DNA of 27,800 nt, from positions 1 to 27,800 of IMG/VR virus record IMGVR_UViG_3300017956_005641, one strand, 5' to 3'. Source of the stretch: a virus (Duplodnaviria; Caudoviricetes). Position numbers and translations under genes: made by a program. The number at the start of each line of letters is the position of its first letter. Position 1 is the first letter of the stretch. The notes beneath the pieces were generated by a model that saw nothing but the letters and a program-made list of their open reading frames with translations, was not told where the DNA came from and did not search any database. This document shows positions 18,269 through 26,680 of the stretch, in pieces.

Positions 18269-18614
18269 TAGATCTGCGCTTAATTCTTTTTACAATTATA
18301 TTGTTTAGGCTAGTGATGGGTCCTAGCGTAACTGTAACATCTTTAGTGTTAAAATTCCTAATAGCACTTTCAAATATGTATATTTCGTTTCGTAAGAATA
18401 TGTTAATGGGTATCTGCCTATTTGATTCCCACCACCAGGCTTCTCCTAACTCTAAAAATCGCTTCTTGAGATCTTCTGTTTGTATGAGCTCGTAGTCATA
18501 GAAGCTCGTAACATTAGAATCCTGGTTGATTATAATGCCAACGTATTCCTTATCAGCATGCGTTAATACGCTGATAAATGGACAGTTTTGTTGCAAGTTT
18601 TCTGTTATTCTCAT
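18243..18614 (-). CDS. hypothetical phage protein
   Basis: 123-aa ORF (EYVGIIINQD...WWWESNRQIPINIFL) filling the gap between plus-strand genes. Confidence 0.7.
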   Translation of the reverse strand: MRITENLQQNCPFISVLTHADKEYVGIIINQDSNVTSFYDYELIQTEDLKKRFLELGEAWWWESNRQIPINIFLRNEIYIFESAIRNFNTKDVTVTLGPITSLNNIIVKRIKRRSITLVRKPS

Positions 18615-18616
18615 CG

Positions 18617-18623
18617 ATAAATA
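18617..18623 (+). promoter_or_regulatory. late-promoter-like ATAAATA
   Basis: Motif in the divergent intergenic gap, 23 nt upstream of ATG 18647. Confidence 0.45.
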
Positions 18624-18646
18624 GTATAAAGGTTCATGTTAAGCAT

Positions 18647-19546
18647 ATGCAAATTAACTCAATATATTTATATCCAAACAAGTTGGATGTTTACACAAGT
18701 GACAACACGGCTTCTTGGACTCCGGAGAGATTCAATATGGTATACAATCGTAATTTAAAGATCTATAGAGGCGTTGATAACAGGGTAGATCTACAACTTA
18801 AAAACAGTGATCAGAAAGCACTCAATGCAACGGGCAGCATAGTGGTGTTTAATCTCGTGAACAAAGAGAACAGTGATCTTGTTCTTCGCAAGGATTGTTC
18901 GGTTGATGATTTAGCAGTGGGTAGAGTATATGTAACAATTACCGAAGACGAATTGCTTTCTATCGAGCCGGGATATTATACCTACAGTTTTCACAAAGAA
19001 ACTAGATCAAATGTTGATTCAACAGATTATAAAGTTTTAACAAAGTTACCATTATTCATGGATAGCCAATATGGTGCAATAGCATCTCTGGAAGTAATAG
19101 GCGGAATGGAGGGAAAACCATACGATACTAAAACTGTTGATACTTTTAGAAAGATTGCGAACTTTGATGTTGCTGCCCAACCATCAAGCGGCCCTCAATT
19201 ACAAAGTCCAAGACCAAACTTTGCCCAAAATTATAACACAACGGGTTACGAAGAATTCTATATCAGCAGTCACATAGATGCCAATCCAAGAATGTCCACA
19301 CCACAAAGCCTACACACATTCCAATTTTATTACAACAACTATCAAGGCGAAGTTATATTACAAGGAAGTTTGGGCGAAGGTGCCAAACCAATAGAAGGTT
19401 CTTGGACTAATATCCAAACTTTTAATATCACTAGTGCCAATTCAAAAGAATACCACAATGTTACCGGAAAGTACAATTGGTTTAGAATTAAGCATACTCC
19501 GGACACATCAAACACAGGAACAGTTGACAAAGTATTATATAGATAG
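18647..19546 (+). CDS. putative virion structural protein (beta-rich, BppU-N-like N-terminal domain)
   Basis: Pattern KIYRGVDN.V.LQLKNSDQK..N...G.V.VTIT..EL....PG.Y.YS, Thr/Ser/Asn-rich, preceded by TAAATA. Start moved from 18578 to avoid overlap with the divergent gene. Confidence 0.5.
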   Translation: MQINSIYLYPNKLDVYTSDNTASWTPERFNMVYNRNLKIYRGVDNRVDLQLKNSDQKALNATGSIVVFNLVNKENSDLVLRKDCSVDDLAVGRVYVTITEDELLSIEPGYYTYSFHKETRSNVDSTDYKVLTKLPLFMDSQYGAIASLEVIGGMEGKPYDTKTVDTFRKIANFDVAAQPSSGPQLQSPRPNFAQNYNTTGYEEFYISSHIDANPRMSTPQSLHTFQFYYNNYQGEVILQGSLGEGAKPIEGSWTNIQTFNITSANSKEYHNVTGKYNWFRIKHTPDTSNTGTVDKVLYR

Positions 19547-19552
19547 TATAAT
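19524..19552 (+). promoter_or_regulatory. perfect consensus sigma70 promoter
   Basis: TTGACA (19524-19529), 17-nt spacer, TATAAT (19547-19552). The primase ATG lies 6 nt downstream. Confidence 0.85.
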
Positions 19553-19558
19553 ACTAGT

Positions 19559-20587
19559 ATGACACTTGTAGTAGACACATTCCGATCTTTACTTCCCGCG
19601 AGAGCAAAGTCCAATCCGAGTGGATGGACTTCCTTCAATGCTCCCTGTTGTCATCATAGAGGGCATAATCAAGATAAGAGAAAAAGAGCAGGTATACGTT
19701 TTGATGCAGGTGTAATCTATAACTGTTTTAACTGTAAGTTTACTGCAAGTTGGCAACCTGGTAGGCCCATATCAGAAAAATTTAAATCGCTGTGCAGGTG
19801 GTTAGGTGCTTCGGAAGACACAATCAATACCATGATATTTGAAGCATTAAAAACCGAATCACCAGATTACAAACCTAGAGAATCGCAAGTAAGAATAGCA
19901 TTTACTGAAAAGAAATTACCCGAACACAGTTTACCTATAAGTGAATGGATGGAAGTTGATTTTGCTGGTAACTCTATACTAGAAGATAATCTTGCAAAGG
20001 TAGTTGAATATGTTTATGACCGAGGGTTTGATCCTCTGAATAAAATGTTTTATTGGTCGCCTGCTGATGGGTATGCTGATAGAGTTATCGTTCCTTTTTA
20101 TTATAACGGAAAGATAGTTGGCAATACTGCAAGAAAAGTCAAAGGCGGTCGGCCAAAGTATCTAAGCGATCATCATTCACAATTTGTTTTTAATGTCGAT
20201 GAACAATCGGAAGATCAAAGATATATATTTGTAACAGAAGGTCCTTTCGATGCGTTGTCGATAAACGGAGTTGCACTATTAACAAACAACATATCTGAAC
20301 AACAATACAGGATAATTCAAGGTTTAGGTCACGAAGTTATTGTCATTCCTGATCAAGACGAGGCAGGTCTTAACTTGATAAACAAGGCAATAGAATACGG
20401 CTGGAGTGTGTCGTTTCCTACTTGGGATGATGATGTTAAGGACGTTGCTGATGCAGTACAGCGTTACGGTAAGTTATTTGTAACAGTTGATGCAATTAAA
20501 ACAGCACAAGCAGGATCTATAAAAATAAATGTTGCTAGAAAAACTCTAGAGAGTAAGTTGGAGAAACAAAATGTGGAAATGGATTAA
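19559..20587 (+). CDS. DNA primase (T4 gp61/DnaG-like, Zn finger + TOPRIM)
   Basis: Zn ligands APCCH...YNCFNC, RVIVPF, PKYL, TOPRIM VTEGPFDA, PDQDEAG and KDVAD. Confidence 0.88.
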   Translation: MTLVVDTFRSLLPARAKSNPSGWTSFNAPCCHHRGHNQDKRKRAGIRFDAGVIYNCFNCKFTASWQPGRPISEKFKSLCRWLGASEDTINTMIFEALKTESPDYKPRESQVRIAFTEKKLPEHSLPISEWMEVDFAGNSILEDNLAKVVEYVYDRGFDPLNKMFYWSPADGYADRVIVPFYYNGKIVGNTARKVKGGRPKYLSDHHSQFVFNVDEQSEDQRYIFVTEGPFDALSINGVALLTNNISEQQYRIIQGLGHEVIVIPDQDEAGLNLINKAIEYGWSVSFPTWDDDVKDVADAVQRYGKLFVTVDAIKTAQAGSIKINVARKTLESKLEKQNVEMD

Positions 20588-20663
20588 GGAAAAGTATTAC
20601 CAATGGAAGATGAAAAAGAAAATAAAAGAATTACGGAAAAAGGATCCTTTTATATACAAGTAA
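20571..20663 (+). CDS. 30-aa basic peptide MWKWIKEKYYQWKMKKKIKELRKKDPFIYK (not in the ORF track)
   Basis: GGAG SD at 20560-20563. It fills the gap exactly, and its TAA abuts the next ATG at 20664. Confidence 0.65.
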   Translation: MWKWIKEKYYQWKMKKKIKELRKKDPFIYK

Positions 20664-20909
20664 ATGCATATGACAGAGTTTAGAGAAGGTATTTTTAATT
20701 TATTAAAAAGACTAATAAGTGGTAGCAGCATAGGTCTCGCTATTACTTACACGCTTGGACACATTGTTATTGCCATGACGTGCAACAGAATTATAACCGG
20801 AGCAGACTGGGCACTTGCAGGTGCCGACGCACTAGTTGAACCCATGATTAACGGTATATGGTTTTACATTTTACATAAGGCTTATAAAAAATACAAAGGT
20901 ATACAATGA
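20664..20909 (+). CDS. small membrane protein, DUF2061-like
   Basis: Two hydrophobic helices, AITYTLGHIVIA...ITG...A...ALVEP..N..WFYILH. ATGA overlap with the carbamoyltransferase. Confidence 0.6.
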   Translation: MHMTEFREGIFNLLKRLISGSSIGLAITYTLGHIVIAMTCNRIITGADWALAGADALVEPMINGIWFYILHKAYKKYKGIQ

Positions 20910-22408
20910 TAACTTGGGGTATATCTGCTAACAGCCATGACGGATCATTAGCGGTCTTTAAAAGCGGATACAAGGGTTTAACACAGACTCCTAATCTCGA
21001 ATTAGTGTTTGCAAGTCATACTGAACGTTTTAGTGGACTCAAGAATGACCCACATCTTAATCGTGGTATTATAGACTATGCACTTCAGTGGGGTAATCCG
21101 GATGAAGTTGTTTGGTATGAAAAACCTTTTAAGAAAACCATAAGACAATTAGTTGCAGGTCAAGGGTGGAATTGGAATGAGAATAATATTAAAACATACT
21201 TGCGTGGTTATGGCATTAATGCACCCATAAGTTACAGTAGCCATCACGAATCGCATGCGGCCGCAGGATATTATACTAGTAAGTTTAATGATGCAACAAT
21301 ACTTTGCATAGACAGCATTGGAGAGTTTGAAACTTTAACAATATGGGAAGCAGAAGGCAATAAACTGAAAAAAGTGTTTACACAAGGATATCCTAACAGC
21401 ATAGGCTTATGGTACAGTGCTATGACGCAACGTGTGGGCCTAAAGCCAAATGAAGATGAATACATTCTAATGGGCATGTCAGCATACGGTGATCAATCAA
21501 AATACTACTTTCACATGAAGGAAACATTTTTTAAATTAGGTCCTCACATGCACTGGCAATTTCCTAATGTTGAATTTAAAAATAATTTACACAGAGGTTG
21601 TAATTGGTATTTGGAAGGTCATACTAAGTGGACTGACAAATTAAACATAGCAGCAGCGGCACAGTCAATATATGAGGAAGTGTTTACAGGACTTGTAGAA
21701 TATTGTAGTTCGAACTTTAAGAGCAAGAACTTAATTGTGATGGGCGGCTGTGCATTAAACTGTAAGGCAAACAGCAGGGCATACAGTTACTATGATAATG
21801 TTTGGATAATGCCAAATCCAGGAGATGCTGGTTCGAGCATTGGTGCAGTCCTAGCAAAAAAACAACAAAAGATTGATTGGAAGAGACCTTATTTAGGTTA
21901 TGATATACAAGGAGAGTATCCGGTTGATAACCTATTCCGTGAATTAAAGGATAACGGAATTGTAGGAGTTGCTAACGGCAAGGCCGAGTTTGGTCCTCGA
22001 GCATTGGGCAATAGAAGTTTGTTGGCTGATCCGAGAGGCAAGAACATGAAGGATCTTGTGAACACTGTGAAGAAAAGGCAGAAGTATAGACCATTTGCAC
22101 CTGCTATTTTAGCAGAACATGCAGAAGAATATTTTTATGGAGAAGTTGGTCCATACATGCAGTATACTGCAAAGTGCAGGAAGCCGGATGAGTTTCCTGC
22201 TATTGTGCATGTTGATGGAACATCAAGAGTTCAAACAGTTACCAAAGATGACAATACAGGTTTGAGAGAGTTATTGGAAAGATGGTATGCCAAAACAGGT
22301 TGTCCAATGTTATTGAATACTAGTCTAAACATTAAAGGAAACCCTATGGTTAATGACCAAAAGGATGCAAAAAAGTTTGCTCACAAGTATGGTGTGAGTG
22401 TATACTAA
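20906..22408 (+). CDS. carbamoyltransferase (NodU/CmcH/TobZ family)
   Basis: Motifs GIS...HD, ERFSG.K, HHESHAA, DSIGE, LMGMSAYG, GGCALNC, PGDAG, EFGPRALGNRS, RPFAP, HVDGTSRVQ and LLNTSLN..G.P. Confidence 0.92.
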   Translation: MITWGISANSHDGSLAVFKSGYKGLTQTPNLELVFASHTERFSGLKNDPHLNRGIIDYALQWGNPDEVVWYEKPFKKTIRQLVAGQGWNWNENNIKTYLRGYGINAPISYSSHHESHAAAGYYTSKFNDATILCIDSIGEFETLTIWEAEGNKLKKVFTQGYPNSIGLWYSAMTQRVGLKPNEDEYILMGMSAYGDQSKYYFHMKETFFKLGPHMHWQFPNVEFKNNLHRGCNWYLEGHTKWTDKLNIAAAAQSIYEEVFTGLVEYCSSNFKSKNLIVMGGCALNCKANSRAYSYYDNVWIMPNPGDAGSSIGAVLAKKQQKIDWKRPYLGYDIQGEYPVDNLFRELKDNGIVGVANGKAEFGPRALGNRSLLADPRGKNMKDLVNTVKKRQKYRPFAPAILAEHAEEYFYGEVGPYMQYTAKCRKPDEFPAIVHVDGTSRVQTVTKDDNTGLRELLERWYAKTGCPMLLNTSLNIKGNPMVNDQKDAKKFAHKYGVSVY

Positions 22409-22441
22409 TAAAATAATTAATTATGAAGGTGATAAAAATTA

Positions 22442-23878
22442 ATGGCAAGTAAAAATTACGATTACGAAGTTCAAAAAGTATATTTGGAAATGATGCTGAA
22501 TGACGCAGAAACTTTTGTGCGTTGTCAAGGTATTTTTGATCATACATTATTTGATAGAAAGTTACAGGATGCAGCATTGTTTATCAACGAGTATACAAAA
22601 CAGTATAACGTAATGCCAGACTATGAAACTGTGAATGCAAGTTGCAGAACAGATTTAAAAAAACCACAAGATGTAAAAGACGGACATATGCAGTGGTTGA
22701 TGGATGACTTTGAAAGTTTTACAAGACATAAGGCACTAGAACGTGCAATTATTAATTCAGCAGATCTATTAGAAAAGAATGACTATGGACAAGTAGAAGC
22801 CATGGTTAAGGAAGCAGTACAGATTGGGTTGGCACGTGATATGGGTACAGACTACTTTGCTGATCCACGTGGTAGATTAATGGGGCTAAAGGATAAGAAC
22901 GGTCAGGTAAGCACTGGTTGGGAAACCATGGACAAGAAATTGTTTGGTGGTTTCAATCGAGGCGAACTTAATATTTTTGCTGGTGGATCAGGTGCAGGTA
23001 AATCCTTGTTCCTTGCAAACTTAGGTGTTAACTGGGCATTGCAAGGATTAAATGTTGTTTACTTAACTCTAGAACTTTCAGAACAGTTAGTTAGTATGCG
23101 TGTGGATAGTATGACAACAGGAATCACGACTAGAGACATTTTCAAGAACATCGATGATGTTGAAATGAAAGTCAAGATGATTGGGAAGAAGTCAGGTGCG
23201 TTCCAAGTCAAGTACATGCCTAGTGGTAAAACAGCAAACGATATTAGAGCATATCTAAAAGAATATGAAATTAAAACAGGCAAGAAGGTGGATGTATTAC
23301 TTGTCGACTACTTAGACTTGTTGATGCCAATTGGTAAGAGAATTAGTGCAGAAAACTTATTCGTTAAGGACAAGTATGTATCAGAAGAATTGCGTAACCT
23401 AGCAATGGAATTACAATGTGTGTTTGTAACTGCGGCACAGTTAAACAGGGGAGCAGTTGAAGAAGTAGAATTTGATCACAGTCATATTTCAGGTGGTTTG
23501 AGTAAGATTCAAACAGCGGATAACGTGTTTGGTATCTTCACAAGCCGTGCTATGCGTGAGCGTGGTAGATATCAATTACAGTTAATGAAAACACGTTCGT
23601 CGAGCGGTGTTGGTCAAAAAGTAGATTTAGAATTTAATATAGAAACATTGAGAATTACTGATTTGCCAGAAGATGAGCAAGAATCATACAATGGCAATAA
23701 CCGAGGTAGTAGTAGCATTATAGATTCGATTAAACGTAAGTCAGAAGTACAAAGCGATCAGGAACCAATCGAAGATCCTACTCAAGGAGTATCAGTGGGT
23801 AAAATCAAGGGCAAGGTAGAGTCAACTAAATTGCGTGAGATTTTAAATAGCATGGGTTCCGACGATGCAGAATACTAA
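22442..23878 (+). CDS. replicative DNA helicase (T4 gp41/DnaB-like)
   Basis: Motifs STGW..MD, Walker A GGSGAGKS, TLELSE, VDYLDL, TAAQLNR and MKTR. Confidence 0.9.
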   Translation: MASKNYDYEVQKVYLEMMLNDAETFVRCQGIFDHTLFDRKLQDAALFINEYTKQYNVMPDYETVNASCRTDLKKPQDVKDGHMQWLMDDFESFTRHKALERAIINSADLLEKNDYGQVEAMVKEAVQIGLARDMGTDYFADPRGRLMGLKDKNGQVSTGWETMDKKLFGGFNRGELNIFAGGSGAGKSLFLANLGVNWALQGLNVVYLTLELSEQLVSMRVDSMTTGITTRDIFKNIDDVEMKVKMIGKKSGAFQVKYMPSGKTANDIRAYLKEYEIKTGKKVDVLLVDYLDLLMPIGKRISAENLFVKDKYVSEELRNLAMELQCVFVTAAQLNRGAVEEVEFDHSHISGGLSKIQTADNVFGIFTSRAMRERGRYQLQLMKTRSSSGVGQKVDLEFNIETLRITDLPEDEQESYNGNNRGSSSIIDSIKRKSEVQSDQEPIEDPTQGVSVGKIKGKVESTKLREILNSMGSDDAEY

Positions 23879-24110
23879 AGTAATAATTTACGAGTGGTCC
23901 CCAAATAGATCGCAACCAGGACATTATCTAGATATTGATTGGCCCGTGGTTCACAAGGAGTGTGGATTAGATCATATACAATGGATCGAGGATCAAGATA
24001 AAAATAAATGTCAGATGAGCCTAGAATTTCATAAAGGAGTAAGACGTCTTATTGTCGAATTTTTCGACAAGAGTATTGAAAAGACATATCATTTAATGTG
24101 GGCTAAATAG
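23865..24110 (+). CDS. small hypothetical protein
   Basis: 81-aa ORF overlapping the helicase stop. Confidence 0.6.
   Translation: MQNTKVIIYEWSPNRSQPGHYLDIDWPVVHKECGLDHIQWIEDQDKNKCQMSLEFHKGVRRLIVEFFDKSIEKTYHLMWAK
24103..24109 (+). promoter_or_regulatory. late-promoter-like CTAAATA
   Basis: Motif 5 nt before ATG 24115, with no SD in between. Confidence 0.5.
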
Positions 24111-24114
24111 TAGT

Positions 24115-24828
24115 ATGCGCATTAAAGACTTACTATTCGAGCAGGCTAATCTGGTCACAGTTAACAGAAGACTCAATCCTAAACTATGGGAAAACGATCA
24201 GTTAAAACCCGAAATAAAGAAACAATTGCTAAAGATTGCTGAAGTGTTCAAGGAATTCATCGGTATTGATTTAGACGTAGTTGATTACACCCTAACAGGA
24301 TCCAATGCAAACTATACATGGACTGCATACAGTGATCTAGATCTACACATTATAGTTAAGGGCATGCCAGGACTAGAACAGCGAGAATTGTTCAATGCTA
24401 AAAAAGCATTATGGTCCGAAGAACACAATATCACAATAAAAGGGTTGCCTGTTGAGTGTTATGTGCAAGGTGAAGAAGAACCGCATCATAGTACAGGAGT
24501 GTACAGCATAATTGCAGATCAATGGTTAGAAAAACCTAAAAAAGTAAAACCTGATCTTGATGATGCTGCAATTAAGGCAAAGAAAGAAAGTTTGATACAC
24601 GATATCGAAACAGTACTTCTAAGCAAGGACATTACTAAACTTCGAGCAGTAAAAGATAAAATTACAAAAATGAGAAAGGCTGGGTTGGAAAAGGCCGGAG
24701 AATGGTCAACAGAAAACGTTGTCTTTAAGGTACTGCGTAATATGGGTTTAATTGATAAAATGACTCAACTTATTCGTGAGCTCGAAGACGAAGAACTTAG
24801 CCTGGAACAGGCAGAAGTTTTATTCTAG
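24115..24828 (+). CDS. Pol-beta superfamily nucleotidyltransferase
   Basis: hGS...DxDh motif (LTGSNANY...SDLDLHI) and a third acidic residue in PVECYV. Helical C-terminus with EN.VFK.LR. Confidence 0.75.
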   Translation: MRIKDLLFEQANLVTVNRRLNPKLWENDQLKPEIKKQLLKIAEVFKEFIGIDLDVVDYTLTGSNANYTWTAYSDLDLHIIVKGMPGLEQRELFNAKKALWSEEHNITIKGLPVECYVQGEEEPHHSTGVYSIIADQWLEKPKKVKPDLDDAAIKAKKESLIHDIETVLLSKDITKLRAVKDKITKMRKAGLEKAGEWSTENVVFKVLRNMGLIDKMTQLIRELEDEELSLEQAEVLF

Positions 24829-25490
24829 AGAAATATTTTGTGCCTGTTGATGGGTGCTATCGAATCTGATTCAAAATCTTCAAGAAAAAATACTTGCGTT
24901 AATCTAGGAACACCCGCATTATAAAATCCGTTTGCTTTGTGTGGAACATTACCATCAAAACAAATCATTCTGTTATACACGTTTCCAAATCTAACCGTTT
25001 CCACAAAACAATCGTTGTGTTCTTTAATTTGATTACCGTACCCTTCAACTGACTCGCCCTTGTAGAATTTTTGTTTTGTTTCCTGAACATTGTCGTATGT
25101 TTTTCCAGGTGCAAGTTCACAAAGAGAAGTTCCTGTTTCAACGTCAGGATCTGGTGTTAGGTAAATTATTCCTCCCATCAGTGCATTGTCATAGTGTACC
25201 CATCCTTGATTCTTTATGGATTCATTCGAACTGTCATAGGGCTCAATTAGTTGAAAAACAGAACTCACCTTCCAATGACAAGTTGTCTTTGAAAGATCAA
25301 AGTATAGTGAAAATATCTTGTGACAGAACTCTTCGATTATTGGATTATCAAGAGTCCATAACTCCTCAGTTCTCTTGCCTGGCCAAGCACCGTTTGGTGA
25401 TGGTGTGAAATCTTGCTTCAGTGCATATTCTCTAATAGCATCAGGATCACTATAAAAGTTATCGACACACATAGTAGGAAAGTTCATCAT
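24825..25490 (-). CDS. 2OG-Fe(II) oxygenase-like protein (DUF6445-like)
   Basis: Motifs VDNFYSDPD.IR..AL, WPG.RT, HxD (VHYD), IIYLTP, GT, YNR...FDG...H and RLTQVFF. Confidence 0.78.
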   Translation of the reverse strand: MMNFPTMCVDNFYSDPDAIREYALKQDFTPSPNGAWPGKRTEELWTLDNPIIEEFCHKIFSLYFDLSKTTCHWKVSSVFQLIEPYDSSNESIKNQGWVHYDNALMGGIIYLTPDPDVETGTSLCELAPGKTYDNVQETKQKFYKGESVEGYGNQIKEHNDCFVETVRFGNVYNRMICFDGNVPHKANGFYNAGVPRLTQVFFLEDFESDSIAPINRHKIFL

Positions 25491-25495
25491 GAAAA

Positions 25496-25543
25496 TATTT
25501 AGTAACCACTTTGTATTTTATAAGCCGTTCTGGACTATAAATA
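25496..25543. promoter_or_regulatory. divergent late-promoter-like motifs
   Basis: CTAAATA on the minus strand (25496-25502) 5 nt before ATG 25490, and the T4 late consensus TATAAATA on the plus strand at 25536-25543. Confidence 0.5.
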
Positions 25544-25557
25544 TTGCTTTATAAAGG

Positions 25558-26010
25558 ATGGATTTAATGTTACAGAAAGTCAATGCCCCTGATTCTTGGA
25601 TCAGCGAGATTATCAAAGACGACCCTGTGAGAGCGGAAATTCCACTCGATCACAGAATTAATGAAACGGCAGAAATTTATGTTCTGTGGAAGGATACAGA
25701 ATTGGGTGCTGTTACCTGCGTTTCATACACCGACGGAATTCCAGGCAGCGTTGAGGAAATGTATAGCCTAGGATCTCCGTTTCCTGATACGGTTGTTTTT
25801 TACACAATCTGGAGTTACTCAAAAGGCTGTGGGAGAGAATTAATAATCGAAGCCAGTGAATCCATCAAGAAAGAAAATTCCACAATCAAGAATGTTGTTA
25901 CATTAAGTCCCAAGACTCCGATGGCAGAAAAATTTCATATCAATAATGGTGCATGGAAGTATCGAGTAAACCCAGATACTGTTAACTATGCATACGAGCT
26001 GCAAGAATGA
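25558..26010 (+). CDS. GNAT-fold-like phage protein
   Basis: DDPVR, FYTIWSY.KGCGRELI (acyl-CoA loop-like) and VTLSP.T.MA.KFH..NGA. The start may be 25567. Confidence 0.55.
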   Translation: MDLMLQKVNAPDSWISEIIKDDPVRAEIPLDHRINETAEIYVLWKDTELGAVTCVSYTDGIPGSVEEMYSLGSPFPDTVVFYTIWSYSKGCGRELIIEASESIKKENSTIKNVVTLSPKTPMAEKFHINNGAWKYRVNPDTVNYAYELQE

Positions 26011-26357
26011 ACATCGAACAGGTAGCATTTGCAACCGTAATTTCTGCAATAATAATCACGATTCTCTATAATCGAATAGGATGGAAAGAATTAAAAAATT
26101 GTTACAGCATGTGGCTGGACAAGAAGTATTGGACCAATTATAATATCATAGAAGCAGTGTCTTGGGTGGCAAAGGCAGTGATTATAGTTCCAGGACTAAT
26201 CTTTGGAATAAATATCTGGCAATTGTACATTATCGCCCTAGTAACCAGCATGATGCTGATATGGGCAAGCAATAAAAAATTGTTACCCACTTTGGTTGGA
26301 TTTAACACACTATGGATATGGTTAAGCATGATGGTTATCGCACAGCACGTCTTGTAG
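26007..26357 (+). CDS. multi-pass membrane protein
   Basis: ATGA overlap and about four hydrophobic segments. Confidence 0.7.
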   Translation: MNIEQVAFATVISAIIITILYNRIGWKELKNCYSMWLDKKYWTNYNIIEAVSWVAKAVIIVPGLIFGINIWQLYIIALVTSMMLIWASNKKLLPTLVGFNTLWIWLSMMVIAQHVL

Positions 26358-26542
26358 CCTGTGTCATGATTCCATTGCTGTTGTTAGGCTGTGGTTCCGT
26401 TAATAATTGCGGATTTAAACCGGGCGTAACGGTAGAACAGAAGCAACAACCCAAGGAAGGCGAGACTCGCACCGAGTCCGAAATAGAATCCAAACTACCC
26501 GTAAAAGTATCACCAAAAGGTGAAATTGTCTGTAATTTTTAG
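26312..26542 (+). CDS. putative small lipoprotein
   Basis: Hydrophobic stretch ending in the lipobox LLGC. The start position is uncertain. Confidence 0.5.
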   Translation: MDMVKHDGYRTARLVACVMIPLLLLGCGSVNNCGFKPGVTVEQKQQPKEGETRTESEIESKLPVKVSPKGEIVCNF

Positions 26543-26571
26543 TTGACTTTCAAGCAGTTGTACTATAGTAT
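26543..26571 (+). promoter_or_regulatory. sigma70-type promoter for the tRNA
   Basis: TTGACT (26543-26548), 17-nt spacer, TAGTAT (26566-26571). Confidence 0.6.
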
Positions 26572-26578
26572 TAAGTAT

Positions 26579-26655
26579 CTGCTTGTAGCTCAGTTGGATA
26601 GAGCGTCAGTTTGCGGAACTGAAGGCCGGAGGTTCGAATCCTTCCAAGCAGGCCA
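26579..26655 (+). tRNA. tRNA-Arg (anticodon GCG), CCA encoded
   Basis: Acceptor CTGCTTG/CAAGCAG, D arm GCTC/GAGC with A20, anticodon arm TCAGT-TTGCGGA-ACTGA, T arm GGAGG-TTCGAAT-CCTTC, then G73 and CCA. Confidence 0.95.
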
Positions 26656-26680
26656 ATAACAATAACAAGAAGAGGCAAAC

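Noticed and set aside
18665-18672. TATAAATA on the minus strand upstream of the 18614 gene
   Set aside because: It lies inside a coding region (IYLY codons) in AT-rich DNA, so it is plausible but not distinguishable from chance.
7274-23878. Inteins, introns or homing endonucleases in the helicases or primase
   Set aside because: The proteins are of normal length with contiguous motifs, and no LAGLIDADG, HNH or GIY-YIG signature was seen.
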